Assembly: GCF_006345805.1 (NCBI RefSeq)
Contig: NC_043011.1
Location: forward strand, 32,748,464-32,812,463
From: Octopus sinensis
Taxonomy: Eukaryota
Direction of reading: 5' to 3'
DNA: 64,000 nucleotides
Shown here: piece by piece, positions 1-15,194 of the stretch
Numbering within the stretch: position 1 is the first letter of the stretch
Layout of the letters: each line of letters starts with the position of its first letter
Notes under the pieces: generated by a model
The model's input: the letters and a program-made list of their open reading frames with translations, nothing else
Told to the model about the DNA's origin: nothing
Database searches by the model: none
Translations under genes and position numbers: made by a program

Positions 1-1285
1 TAAAATCAATGAGCCAAACTATCAAATAATAACAATAAAATAACATTTCCCCACCCACCAACACCACTGTCAACGTTACCACCACTGTCACCGTCACTAT
101 CATTGTCAACGTTACCGTCACCATCACCATCACCGTCATCCCTTCAGCAGTCAACTGCCTTGACTATTTCAATTGTCATTCTCTTATTCTCAGCCATTTG
201 GCAATGTGTGAATTTATTGACGGGGTGTTTTTCTGAAACTATAAACAACATTTAAGGGATTAAACATTACTAAATCAAAATATAGTCAATGCTTATCTCC
301 CTGGTTTACACAGCATAAAGTAGAACAAGGGATAAATCTTCTCCAGGTTATGGATGTTGGTCTATTGCAAGGAAGCCTTTCTGACAGGAGCAATTAAACT
401 CAGTCCTGCAAGCCAACAAATCTTTTGTCAGTTCCAGAATGATGTTGCTGCCACTGCTGTCTCTACTAGTGAGTGTAGCTACTTACAGCTTGGTGGATTG
501 GCAGCTGAGAGTTATGTGTTTTAGCCATGGGCATTATACAGCCTTGGTGAAAGGTTCTACTCTACTCCCACCAACCTCTTGACTTTGTCATTCGGTATCC
601 TACTCATAAACTTGAGATCACTCATTGAAGCAAATTCTCTGTGTTGTTGCTCAGTCTGCTAGAAATAGCAGTCAAATCTCGTTCAAACTGCATCTTATTG
701 TTTTAAATGAGAAAAGGATATATTGGATGATATTGAGCAGTGGCTGTCACTGGATTATCAAAATATATTAAAAAGATAAAAAATGATTTGTATCTTTGCT
801 TGGGAATTATAAAATAAACAAACAACAACTTTTAATTGCTGTGTGGTTAAGAAGTTTGCTTTGCAAATATGTGGTTTTGGGTTCAGTCTCACAGGAAGGC
901 ACTTTCGCCATGTGACTTCTATAGCCCCAGGTCAATAAATGCCTTGTAAATTAATGGGATTGATGTAAACTGTACAGAAGCTTGTTATGTTGCATATGTA
1001 TGTATGTTTCCATGCATGCATGTGTGTATGTATGCATGTATGGATGTACATATGTATGTGTCAGTATATGTGTATGTGTGCATATGTTTATATGTGTGTG
1101 TGTGTGTATGGTACATACATGCATATTAATATGTATGTGTGTGTATGCATGTTTATATGCATATGTGTATATATATATATGTATATTTATGCGTGCAAAT
1201 ATATATATTATATATATATATCTGTATGTATGTATACGTATATCTAATGCGTGTGTATGCATATTTATATGTATATGTGTGTGTA

Positions 1286-1318
<33 letters not shown>

Positions 1319-2084
1319 TATAAATATATATATGTATATTTATATGTGTGTATGTGTATATATGTAAATACACACACACACAGGTATATGCATGTATATC
1401 TATGTATGTGTGTATCTATATAAACAATGAACTTCCACACTATTCCCATCTACTAAATTCACTCACAAGATTTTGGTTGGTCATAGACTATAGTTTATGA
1501 CACTTGCCCAAGGTGCCACACAGTGGGACTGAACCTGAAACCACACGGTTGCAATGCAAACCTCTTAACCACACAATTCTTTTTACTTTTCTCTATTTTG
1601 CAATAAAAGTGACTTCATTATTCTTGTTTTTCTCCCGTGAAATCTTATGATTCCTTATTCTTTGACACTTTTAACGGTGTCAGTTGATTGAAGTGTGACC
1701 CCACTGGAGCACCACTTTGTAGTTGATGAAAGAATCCTGTAACTTAATTTTTTAAATATTGTAGTTTCTCTATCAGTTTCTGTTTTGCTAAACTGTTAAG
1801 CTGTAGGGATGAAAACAAACAAACACCGGCCAACAGGCAGTACTGTGTAAAGACGAAATACAGAAAGAAATGAAAATGAAAACACGCAAGTAAACAGAAT
1901 ACATGTGAATGCAAGCACTGCTGTTACTTGCAGCTAGGAACTAATCCATGGCAGACTTCCACACAGTTTCCATCTACCAAATTCATTCACAAGACATTGG
2001 TCAGCCCAGGGCTATAGTAGAAGACATGTGCCCTGGGTTCCATGCAGTGGGGCTGAACCTGAGACTGAATCATATATATATATA

Positions 2085-2485
2085 GGCGTAGGAGTGGCTG
2101 TGTGGTAAGTAGCTTCCTTACGAACCACATGGTCCCGGGTTCAGTCCCACTGCGTGGCACCTTGAGCAAGTGTCTTCTACTATAGCCTCGGGCCGACCAA
2201 AGCCTTGTGAGTGGATTTGGTAGACGGAAAGTGAAAGAAGCCCGTCATATATATGTATATATATGTATGTGTGTGTTTGCTTGTCTGCGTTTGTCCTCCC
2301 AACATTGCTTGACAACTGATGCTGGTGTGTTTACATCCCCATAACCTAGCGGTTCAGCAAAAGAGACCAATAGAATAAGTACTAGGCTTCCAAAGAATAA
2401 GTCCTGGGGTCGATTTGCTCGACTAAAGGCGGTGCTCCAGCATGGCCACAGTCAAATGACTGAAACAAGTAAAAGAGTAAAAAGA
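2085..2485 (+). mobile_element. SINE family A, full-length copy (tRNA-like head, internal (TA)n(TG)n tract, GTAAAAGA tail)
   Basis: Head GGCGTAGGAGTGGCTGTGTGG (box A-like) ... GGTTCAGTCCC (box B-like); GCGCAG/CTGCGT acceptor-like stem in sister copies; same ~400-bp sequence recurs many times in the window. Confidence 0.9.
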
Positions 2486-2680
2486 TATATATATATATAT
2501 TGAAGGGACATGTTATCTGGGTGGATACTATAGTAGCTCTCAGTTAAGATCCAGTTAATGGCTAACCATTACAATCAGTATTTAACATCTGTGACTACAA
2601 TTTGTTGCTAGTCACTCTGTGAATTTTTCCAATGAGTAAGTCCATGTACTCTTCACTGGACAGTAAAAATTGGCTGGAGT

Positions 2681-2908
2681 ATATATTATTATTATTAATA
2701 ATAAAGGGTATAGAGACTTGTACATCTAGAAAATTTATTTTATAGCTATATACAGCATGTTATAATGACGTACATGTGTTTCCACTGCAGCGACTACTCA
2801 CTGCACAGAAACACGTGTAGGTTATTATAATATGGTGTATATAACTATAGAAGAAGTTTTCGGATGTACAAGTCTCCATATTCTTTATTATTAATAATAA
2901 TTATATAT
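2681..2908. repeat. Fold-back (MITE-like) imperfect palindrome, ~228 bp
   Basis: Left arm TTATTAATAATAAAGGGTATAGAGACTTGTACATC...TACATGTGTTTC pairs with right arm GAAACACGTGTA...GATGTACAAGTCTCCATATTCTTTATTATTAATAA. Confidence 0.8.
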
Positions 2909-2947
2909 ATATATGTGTGTGTGTGTATATATATATAATATATATAT

Positions 2948-2993
<46 letters not shown>

Positions 2994-3069
2994 GAGAGAC
3001 AGAGACAGACAGACAGAGACAGACAGACTGATAGATAGATATACATATATATGTTTATATATACATATA

Positions 3070-3100
<31 letters not shown>

Positions 3101-4074
3101 GTATAGATAGATACATACATACATACATACACACATATATAGATATAGATATACATTTACATATACACACATATACATTCACACATATATACATTCATAT
3201 ATATATTTATATATGATGATGATGATGATGATGACAAAGGAAAGCAGTGAAGCTTTTTTTTTTTTTTTTAGTAAAACACAACTAAAACACTATAATCATG
3301 TGTTCTAACCATTTTTCTACTCAAACTGTTATCTAACACAAAATTATCACCGAAAGGTTTTGATCTACTAAACACAAAACACATTGAAATTAGCGGTTTC
3401 GTATCACAGAACCAGAGGAGTGGTAGGTTAGAATCAGAGGGTAGGCTAGTATCAAACTGATTTAAACATGCTCATATTCATCCATCAAATTCCTCAATTT
3501 CGCATTCACTCTAACGAGGTTTCATTGACATCAGAATCCACAAAGTAAGCATAATAAATAATTAACTTCAAGAGATTTAATTGATTTGTTTTGATATTCA
3601 AATCATAATTACAGAAACCTCCTTTTAATTAATCATGATAAGAGAGATCTAGTAATATGTATTGTGTATATATATATATATTATATATATATATATATAT
3701 TATATATATATACACGTATATATTACTAAAGTAATAATTAATGCCATCGTTGTTGCTTTGTAGAGTATGATTATTTTCTCCATCCCCTACCAACACCACC
3801 ACCACCACTCCCTTTCAGTTTTAAATTACATTGATCCCTTCAGTGTAAATCACAAAGATCATATCGATATGTGTATTGAATTCTTAAGATTAGAGCGAAG
3901 TATAAGAATATCAACTCTAAACTTATGATTAAAAAAAAAAACGAAAGCAAAAAACAAAACGAAACCTCAAAAAGAATTTGCTTATCTTTATCAACTGACA
4001 ATGAATGATGTGCAAGGATCGATCCAGCATCTGTTGTATTGAGAACTTAGGCAAGAACTGAGAGTTGCATAGTA

Positions 4075-4445
4075 GCCTCTCCTCCTCCTTCTCCTCATCT
4101 TCCTCCTCCTCATTTTCCTCTCCTCCTCCTCTTACTTCTCCCCTCCTCCTCCTCATTTTCCTCTCCTCCTCTTACTTCTCCCCCTCTTCCTCCTCATCTT
4201 CCTTCCCTTCCTCTTCATCCACCTTCTCTTCCTTCTCCCCTCTTCCTCCTCATCTTCCTTCCCTTCCTCTTCATCCACCTTCTCTTCCTTCTCCCCCTCT
4301 TCCTCCTCATCTTCCTTCCCTTCCTCTTCATCCACCTTCTCTTCCTTCTCCCCCTCTTCCTCCTCATCTTCTTCCCCTTCCTCCTCCTCTCCCTCCTCCA
4401 CCTTCCTCCTCCTCCTCCTCATCATCTTCCTCCCTCCTCCTCCAA
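4075..4445. repeat. Polypyrimidine/polypurine tract with internal 56-57 bp tandem repeat
   Basis: Almost only C/T on the plus strand; CATCCACC marker recurs at 4216, 4272 and 4329. Confidence 0.9.
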
Positions 4446-4823
4446 GCACAATGCAATACTTACATTATTCACATTGTTCCGAATTTAATCATGCATTATC
4501 TCGTAGCTTCGAGATTTCAGTGATGTGATTGCTAATTTTTGCGGTTGGTTTGAAAGGCTGGATCTGGCCAGTTTGAACATAATAATAAAAATTTTTAAAA
4601 ATTAAAATTAAAAAAAAAATTACAACTAGAATATTTGGGCTGGATTTGTATATACAATGGACTTCTTTCAGTTTCTATCTGCCAAATCCACTCACAAGGC
4701 TTTGGTTTGACCCAGAGCTATAGTAGAGGACAACCTACTCAAGATGCCACACAGTGGTGTGAGACTGAACTGAGAACCATGTGGTTGAGAATTCAACTCC
4801 TTACCATATATATATATATATAT

Positions 4824-5150
4824 CAGGAGTGGCTGTGTGGTAAGTAGCTTGCTTACCAACCATATAGTTCCAGGTTCAGTCCCACTGCATGGCACCTTGG
4901 GCAAGTGTCTTCTACTATAGCCTCAGGCTGACCAAAGCCTTGTAAGTGGATTTGGTAGACAGAAACTGAAAAAAGCCCATCGTATATATATGTATATGTT
5001 TGTCCCTCCCCCACCATTGCTTGACAACTGATGGTGGTGTGTTTACGTCCCCATAACTCAGTGGTTCGGCAAAAGAGACCGATAGAATAAGTCCTAGGCT
5101 TACAAAGAATAAGTCCTGGGGTCAATTTGTTCGACTAAAGGCGGTGCTCC
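4824..5150 (+). mobile_element. SINE family A copy, lacking the last part of the 3' end
   Basis: Aligns by eye to the 2085 copy from CAGGAGTGGCTGTG to GGCGGTGCTCC. Confidence 0.85.
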
Positions 5151-5330
5151 ATGTTTATTCCATGCTTCAGCAACTCTGAGCAACTCATTTCAACCCCAAG
5201 ATGTTTTTCTTTTAAAACCTGGTACTTATTCTATCAGTCTCTCTGCTGAACAGTGGTGTAAACACATCGACACACACACACATGGATATATACATAAACA
5301 TACATACATACATATACATATAGATATATG

Positions 5331-5363
<33 letters not shown>

Positions 5364-5815
5364 ATAGACATACATATATATATCTTTTCTCTCATTTACT
5401 TGTTTCAGTCATTTGACTGCTTGAAATGAGGAGTAGATAGACAGCCGACAACTGATGAAGAGTCCTTTCTCTGTGTTTACTTATCCTGTTTGCTATTTTT
5501 TTCTCATTATTTACATACTTAACTAGTTTGTTTACGTATTTCATGTTATTTGCACAGTTAGTGATGTCCTGTACCCATATATGCATGTGTGTGTGTATAG
5601 ATATACACATATTTACTATTTATTATACATGTGTATCTGGCTGTGTGGTAAGAAGCTTGCTTCCCAACCACATGGTCCCAGGTTCAGTTCCACTGTGTGG
5701 CACCAGGGGCAAGTGTTTTCTTCTGTGGCCTCAGGCCAACCAAAGCCTTGTAAGTGGATGTTGTAGGCAAAATCTGAGTGAAGCCCGTTGTATATTTGTA
5801 TGTATATATATATAT

Positions 5816-6215
5816 GGCGCAGGAGTGGCTGTGTGGTAAGTAGCTTGCTTACCAACCACATGGTTCTGGGTTCAGTCCCACTGCGTGGCACCTTGGGCAA
5901 GTGTCTTCTACTATAGCCTCGGGCCGACCAAAGCCTTGTGAGTGGATTTGGTAGACAGAAACTGAAAGAAGCCCATCGTATATATGTATATATATATATA
6001 TGCGTGTGTGTGTTTGTGTGTCTGTGTTTGTCCCCCTAGCATTGCTTGACACCAATGCTGGTGTGTTTACGTCCCCGTCACTTAGCGGTTCAGCAAAAAG
6101 AGACCGATAGAATAAGTACTGGGCTTACAAAGAATAAGTCCCGGGTTCGATTTGCTCGACTAAAGGCGGTGCTCCAGCATGGCCGCAGTCAAATGACTGA
6201 AACAAGTAAAAGAGA
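5816..6215 (+). mobile_element. SINE family A, full-length copy
   Basis: GGCGCAGGAGTGGCTG...GAAACAAGTAAAAGAG, close to the other young copies. Confidence 0.9.
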
Positions 6216-6245
6216 GAAAAGATATATATATATGTATGTATACAC

Positions 6246-6277
<32 letters not shown>

Positions 6278-6649
6278 TATCTATATGTATATGTATGTAT
6301 GTTTATGTATATATCCATGTGTGTGTGTTGATGTGTTTACACCACTGTTCAGCAGAGAGACTGATAGAATAAGTACCAGGTTTTAAAAGAAAAACATCTT
6401 GGGGTTGAATTGTTCGACTAAGACACTGTTGTTATTATTATTATTATATCCATTAATGATATTAACCTAAATATAATTCCTTACTTTCTTAGATAGTTCC
6501 CATATAAATTTAACATAGGAGCTATTAACCCTGGCAAGTATTAAAAGAGCCACATACAGGCTTGGGCAGGTTAGGAAATTATGGATAATAAATTACTGCA
6601 CAAAATTAGTTTGTTTTTAACAAAATAATCTGCTAAGTTCTTTCTTTCT

Positions 6650-6960
6650 TTACTCTTTTTACTCTTTCACTTGTTTCAGTCATTTGACTGCGGCCATGCT
6701 GGAGCACCGCCTTTAATCGAGCAACTCGACCCCGGGACTTATTCTTTTATAAGCCCAGTACTTATTCTATCGGTCTCTTTTGCCGAACCGCTAAGTAACG
6801 GGGACATAAACCACACCGCATCGGTTGTCAAGCAATGCTAGGGGGTCAAACACAGACACACAAACACCACACAACGCATATATATATATACATATATACG
6901 ACGGGCTTCTTTCAGTTTCCATCTACCAAATCCACTCACAAGGCTTTGGTCGGCCCGAGG
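6650..6960 (-). mobile_element. SINE family A copy, 5'-truncated, inverted relative to the 5816 copy
   Basis: Reverse complement matches family A from GGCCGACCAAAGCC to the GTAAAAGA tail. Confidence 0.9.
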
Positions 6961-9271
6961 CTTTTCTTATTTTGCAAAAACAGAGGGAGGGTTTTTTTTT
7001 TAAATGCAACTTTGCAGATAGAAGTGTTCTCTTACAAAATAAGTAAAGTTAGAGGTAAAGTCACCTTTTGTCATACCGACTCATAAAAGCTGGTTTCCTG
7101 ATGCCCGTGGAATATAAATTCCCCACCGGGATGGGACGCCAGTCCATCACAGGACAACTCATATTTACCAGCTGGGTGAACTGGAGCAATGTGAAATAAA
7201 GTGTTTTACTGAAAAATACGCGTCGCCTGCTCCAGGAATCAAAACCACTATCTTACAATCATGGTCAAGCCGAGATTAGAGTAGGAGATACTTGCCCAAG
7301 GTGCCATGCAGTGGGAATGAACCCAGAACTATGTGGTTGGGAAGCAAGCTTCTTAACCACACAGCCTATACATACCAAAACACTGTGTGTCTCAAAAGGC
7401 TTAACCACACATTCTCTTAAAAAAAACCTCATCAAAATTACAATATGTGTCGGAGAATAACCACTAAGCCATGTGCCTCCACATTCTCTTACAAAATGCT
7501 GGAAACCACAACTATGGTCAGTCCACATTACTCTGTTAGGAGCATAGGATGGTTTCCTGGTTTCTCTGGTGTACTTATTCATTCCTGGATGGGATGCTGG
7601 GCCATTGCAGTATTACCCCTTTTTCCCCTACGGCGTGGACTGGAGCAATGTGAAATGAGTAAAATGAAGAGTTTTGCTCAAGAACATAATGCATCACTCA
7701 GTACAGAAATCAAAACCATAATCTTATGATCATGAGTCCACCAGCCTAACCACTAATCCATAAGCCTCCACAACCACTACTATAGGGGAATATAAAACTA
7801 GATTTTTCAAGGAACAATTCATGCCAGTGACATCTAATAAGATAATAAGAACCCAGCACATTCTGTTAAGTGGTTGGCATTAGGAAGGGCATCCAGCTGT
7901 AGAGACCACGCCACAACAGACAGTTGGAGTCTGGACTGCTCCCTGCTGGCCAACTCCATGTCAAACCGTCCAACCCATGCCTACATGGAAAGCAGACTTT
8001 AAACGAACAATGAACAAATACATTTGAGCAAATTCACATTACTTTTAGTAGAGCCACAAGAAGATTTGAACTCATCACCTCTGATTGACTAAACACCTAT
8101 AAATTGTACAGGTTTTTACCACTGCTTACAGAAATAAACTATTACTGTTTATTACAGTTTTTTGTTTTTTTTCTAGTCATCTGGATCAACAGGACCAGTT
8201 ATAGTTAAATTCTTTGACTTCGAACATGCAATGGGATTTGATCCTTTAACCTTTTGATTAGTATTTCGATATACTATAAACCTTGTCTTCTGTTGCTTTG
8301 TATATTTTATGTAGAAAAAATGTTAGATAATGAATCACTGTTATCAGATTGATAGTGTATTCAGTTCTGGTATTTTCAAAGAGCTTTAATGCCCTTCATG
8401 TTCTGGGTTAAAAATCTCAATAAGGTCAACTTTGCCTTTCATCCTTTTGAGGTTGGAAAAATATAATATCCAGCACTGTGTTTGATTTAATCAACTAATT
8501 TCTCCCTCAAAATTTCTGACTTTGTACCTAAATTAGAAACAGCTATTAGCGTTACCACTGAGATCTTATAAATATCAAAGTTTTTAGACTCCCTTCTCAT
8601 GAAAAATTATAATGGGCTGAAGAAAGGGTCAAATCACTTAAAAGAAACCTCAGTTATTTACAAACTGCTATTGGTTTAATGTATCAGTTGAAAAGGTATG
8701 TATTCTGGGAAAATGTTTGATTACTGCTGCTGCATTGTTTCAAATGAAAATATTGGTCTCTTATGTCAGGTGACATAACATATATTGATTGTGATGAAAA
8801 ACGAATGAATTTTATTCAGTATTTTAATTCATTTCCTTGTATTAGTATGCAAGCTTTTAATTAGCTGTGAAATAAAGGTTTTTACAAAGTAGAGGTTAGA
8901 ATAGGAGTGGTGGTAGAAGTTGTAGCAGAGGAAAGAAGTAGTCAACGATAGATATAAAATGGTGAATGAAAGGCCATTTGTCAACGACAGCATAGACATT
9001 AAATTAATACAGCACCTATATTCTGTGTGGTAATATTATAGGTTGCAGGTGTAGCTGTGTGGTTAGATGCTTGCTTCCCTACCACATGCTTTCAGGTTCA
9101 ATTCCATTGTGTGGAATATTGGGCAAGGTCTTCTGCCTAAAGCCTTGTGAATGAATTTTGTAGACAGAAACTGAAAGAGATCCGTTGTGTGACACACACA
9201 CACATACACACAAACTGTTTTTGAATGTGTTGTTCACAAAGATTTTTTAACAAAAGAACATAAGGATAATT

Positions 9272-9745
9272 GCTCAGAACATTGACCTCCTGGAATCTGT
9301 CCAGAGACGTGCAACCAAACGCATACCCTCCATCAGACACCTACCATATTCTGAGCGCCTTGTTTCCCTGGGCATGGATTCACTGAAGCTCCGGTATCTG
9401 GCGACGGACTTGGTAAACACCTACAAAGTTATCAACCACCTCACCAACAACAACACTGAACACCTTTTTGTTCTCCATGTGTCTAACACACGTGGACATG
9501 CCTACAAAGTCGAAAAAAAACACAGCTCCCAGGACTTTCGGAAACATTTTTTCACGCTCAGAGTTGCTGAAGCATGGAATAAACTGCCTGCGTCAGTTGT
9601 TGACTGCCATGACACTGCATCCTTTAAGGCCCTCATGCTTCCGAAATCCGCCGAAACTACACCTGATTATATATACACTTTAGATGAGTTGTAGTGCACC
9701 TGAGCACTGTACATAATTATTATTATTATTATTATTATTATTATA
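9272..9745 (+). mobile_element. 5'-truncated CR1-clade LINE, ORF2 C-terminus plus (ATT)n tail
   Basis: Open frame 9272-9694: AQNIDLLESVQRRATKRIPSIRHLPYSERLVSLGMDSLKLR...TRGHAYK...FFTLRVAEAWNKLPASVV, typical post-RT motifs of CR1-type LINEs; (ATT)n tail at ~9716-9745. Confidence 0.88.
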
Positions 9746-10388
9746 AGTGTTTTCTTCAAACTGCCATTTTATATTTTCAAAAATATTTAAAACATGAATA
9801 TTTCAAAAGAAAAGCAGGTTTAGCTTATCAGTCGATGATTAGAAATGAGGATCTCTGAGTACTGGAAATTGGGGCCTCTCAGTTATAATGTGTGTGTGTG
9901 TGTGGTGTGTGTGTGTGTGTTATTGTCTACTTGCCTTGAGACTGGGTAATAATAAACATTTCCAGCTTGGTGATATTCCTGGTCTTCATTCCCAATCTTC
10001 TGTGAAAGCATGTCTGGTCATAAGGAAATGTTACTGACTTGGATACTGGTGAGGGTTGGTGACTGGGCGGTCATCCAGCTATAGAATATCTGCCTCAACA
10101 AAATTCCGTCTGATTCATGTGAGTATCGAAAAGTGGATGATGATGATGGTGGTGGTGGTGGTGGTAGTGGTGGAGGTGGTGGTGGTGGTGGTGGAGGTAG
10201 TGGTGATGGTGGTGGTGGTGGTGGTGGTGGCAGTGGTGATGGTGGTGGTGGTAGTTTTGGCACTCACGCACATGTGTGTATGTGTGTGTCTTAATCGCAT
10301 GAGCATGGCTATGTGGTTTTTGAAGTTCATGTTGGAGCTACATGTTTAATTCCTACTGTGGGGTACCATGGATACCTTGTAACATAAG

Positions 10389-10617
10389 CTTAACCCATTG
10401 TCATTTAAACCAGCCCTACTCAGCCCAGTTAGTCTATCTGTTTTGTGTTCAAACTGGTGAAATCTGGCCTCTCATGTCTACCTTACAATGTCATTCTAAA
10501 AGTAAACAATCACATCAAGGAAATTTCAAAGCTACGAGATAATCCATGATTAATTCAAAACAAACTGAATAAATAAGCATTACATCTGACAATAAACTGA
10601 ATGCAAAAGGGGTTAAC
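10389..10617. mobile_element. piggyBac-like MITE (TTAA-CCC...GGG-TTAA)
   Basis: TTAACCCATTGTCATT at the left end and AATGCAAAAGGGGTTAA at the right; related fragments at ~4500-4660, 11050-11200, 17960-18060 and 28008-28050. Confidence 0.6.
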
Positions 10618-10635
10618 ACTTAAGCATTTAAACTA

Positions 10636-10806
10636 GGCGCAGGAGTGGCTGTGTGGTAAGTAGCTTGCTAACCAACCACATGGTTCCGGGTTCAGTCCCA
10701 CTGCGTGGCATCTTGGGCAAGTGTCTTCTGCTATAGGCCCAGGCCGACCAATGCCTTATGAGTGGATTTGGTAGACGGAAACTGAAAGAAGCCTGTCGTA
10801 TATATG

Positions 10807-10837
<31 letters not shown>

Positions 10838-11040
10838 TTGTGTTTGTCCCCCTAGCATTGCTTGACCACCGATGCTAGTGTGTTTACGTCCCTGTCACTT
10901 AGCGGTTCGGCAAAAGAGACCGATAGAATAAGTACTGGGCTTACAAAGAATAAGTCCCGGGGTTGATTTGCTCGACTAAAGGTGGTGCTCCAGCATGGCT
11001 GCAGTCAAATGACTGAAACAAGTAAAAGAGTAAAAGAGAG
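10636..11040 (+). mobile_element. SINE family A, full-length copy
   Basis: GGCGCAGGAGTGGCTG...GTAAAAGAGTAAAAGAG. Confidence 0.9.
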
Positions 11041-11593
11041 AGTCATATTAGACTCAAATAATCTGTTTCATGTTCAAACTGACCAGATCTGGTCTCTTAC
11101 ACTTGCCCTACAATGTCATTCTAAAAATAAACAATCACAACATTGAAATCCCAAAGCTACAAAATAATGCAGGATTACTTCAAAACAATGTCAATAGAAA
11201 AGTATTGCATTTAACAGTCATCTGAATGCTTGAGGGTCGAAAAATCTTTCAACTTATCCAAGCATTCTAATTGAAAATTATTACGTACTATTATTTAGTT
11301 AATCTGTGACTACAGAAAGTAAGTACCACTGCAAGCTAAGGTTAAAGAGTAGTCTCAATTTCTAGATGAAGTTATTTCACTTGATTTGTACTAATGTAAT
11401 CAAGAATCTTTTCAAATCCTTACTTCCTCTTTACCTTAAAACCCAGGGCCTTTATATCTATCTATCATTCTATCTATCTAGTCAATAGAAAACGAAGATA
11501 TGAATGCATGGGAGCTTGCTGGGCTTTATGAGTTAGTGTTAAAGAGTACACGTCATAGAGATAGACTGAGGAAGACTTGAGAATAAAATAGCA

Positions 11594-13880
<2,287 letters not shown>

Positions 13881-14589
13881 GATTAACCCCAGTACGCAAC
13901 TGGTACCTAATTTATCAGCCCCAAAAGGATGAAAAGTAAAGTCGACCTTGATGGAATTTGAACTCAGGATGTAAAAACAGATGAAATACTGCTAAGCATT
14001 TTGCCCAGCATGCTAATGTTTCTGCCAACTCACCACCTTCCACAAACCTCAATATTATGAAAGGTTTAACATAACGAAGGACTTTCATTATCATATTTAC
14101 TTTTCATTTGTCTCAGTTTTATGACTGTGGCCATGCTGGAGCTCTGACATGAAGTGTTTAGTGGAGCAAATCAACCAGGGTACATGTTTTCTTTTAAAGT
14201 CTCTTACTGATACTACTATCAATCACTTTTGCCAAACCACGAAATTACAGGGATGTAAACAAACCAACGCTGGTTGCCACACAGTGCAGATGAACAAACA
14301 CATGCACACACAAACACACCCACACACACACACACACATGCATATATAAGCTTCCACACAGTTTCTCTCTACCACATTCTGTCTACAACGCATCAGTCAG
14401 CACAGGCCTATAGAAGTTAAAAAAACTGCCTAAGGTACCACGCAGTGGAACTGAACTCAAAACTACATGGTTGCAAAAGCAAGCTTCTTAACCATACAGC
14501 CAGACTTGATCCTAATTACTAAAGTGGAATTCAATGACATGAAATGGATTTTACCATTGACTTCCATGTTACAGAAATGTTATATACTT

Positions 14590-15194
14590 GAAGGAGGCGA
14601 GCTGGCAGAAACGTTAGCACGCCAGGAGTAATGCTTAGTGGTATTTCGTTTGCCACTACGTTGTGAGTTCAAATTCCGCCGAGGTCGACTTTGCCTTTCA
14701 TCCTTTCGGGGTCGATTAAATAAGTACCAGTTATGCACTGGGGTCGATGTAATCGACTTAATCCCTTTGTCTGTCCTTGTTTGTCCCCTCTGTGTTTAGC
14801 CCCTTGTGGGTAATAAAGAAATAGGTATTTCGTTTGCCACTATGTTGTGAGTTCAAATTCTGCCGAGGTCAACTTTGCCTTTCATCCTTTCGGGGTCGAT
14901 TAAATAAGTACCAGTTATGCACTGGGGTCGATGTAATCGACTTAATCCCTTTGTCTGTCCTTGTTTGTCCCTTCTGTGTTTAGCCATTTGTGGGTAGTAA
15001 AGAAATAGGCATTTTGTTTACCACTACGTTCTGAGTTCAAATTCTGCCGAGGTCGACTTTGCCTTTCATCCTTTCGGGGTCGATTAAATAAGTATCAGTT
15101 GCGCACTGGGGTCGATATTATCGACTTAATCCATTTGTCTGTCCTCCTTGTTTGTCCTCTCTGGATCTAGCCCCTTGTGGGCAGTAAAGAAATA
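14590..15194 (+). mobile_element. SINE family C with one head and three tandem 184-bp bodies
   Basis: Head GAAGGAGGCGAGCTGGCAGAAACGTTAGC; units start at 14640, 14824 and 15008; flanking direct repeat AGAAATGTTA(T/C)ATACTT at 14573-14589 and 15195-15211. Confidence 0.9.

Noticed and set aside
8588-8695. Exon-like segment (TTTTTAG...AAG|GTATGT) encoding LPSHEKL*WAEERVKSLKRNLSYLQTAIGLMYQLK
   Set aside because: All three frames contain a stop; rescuing TAA by editing would need two edits and has no support here
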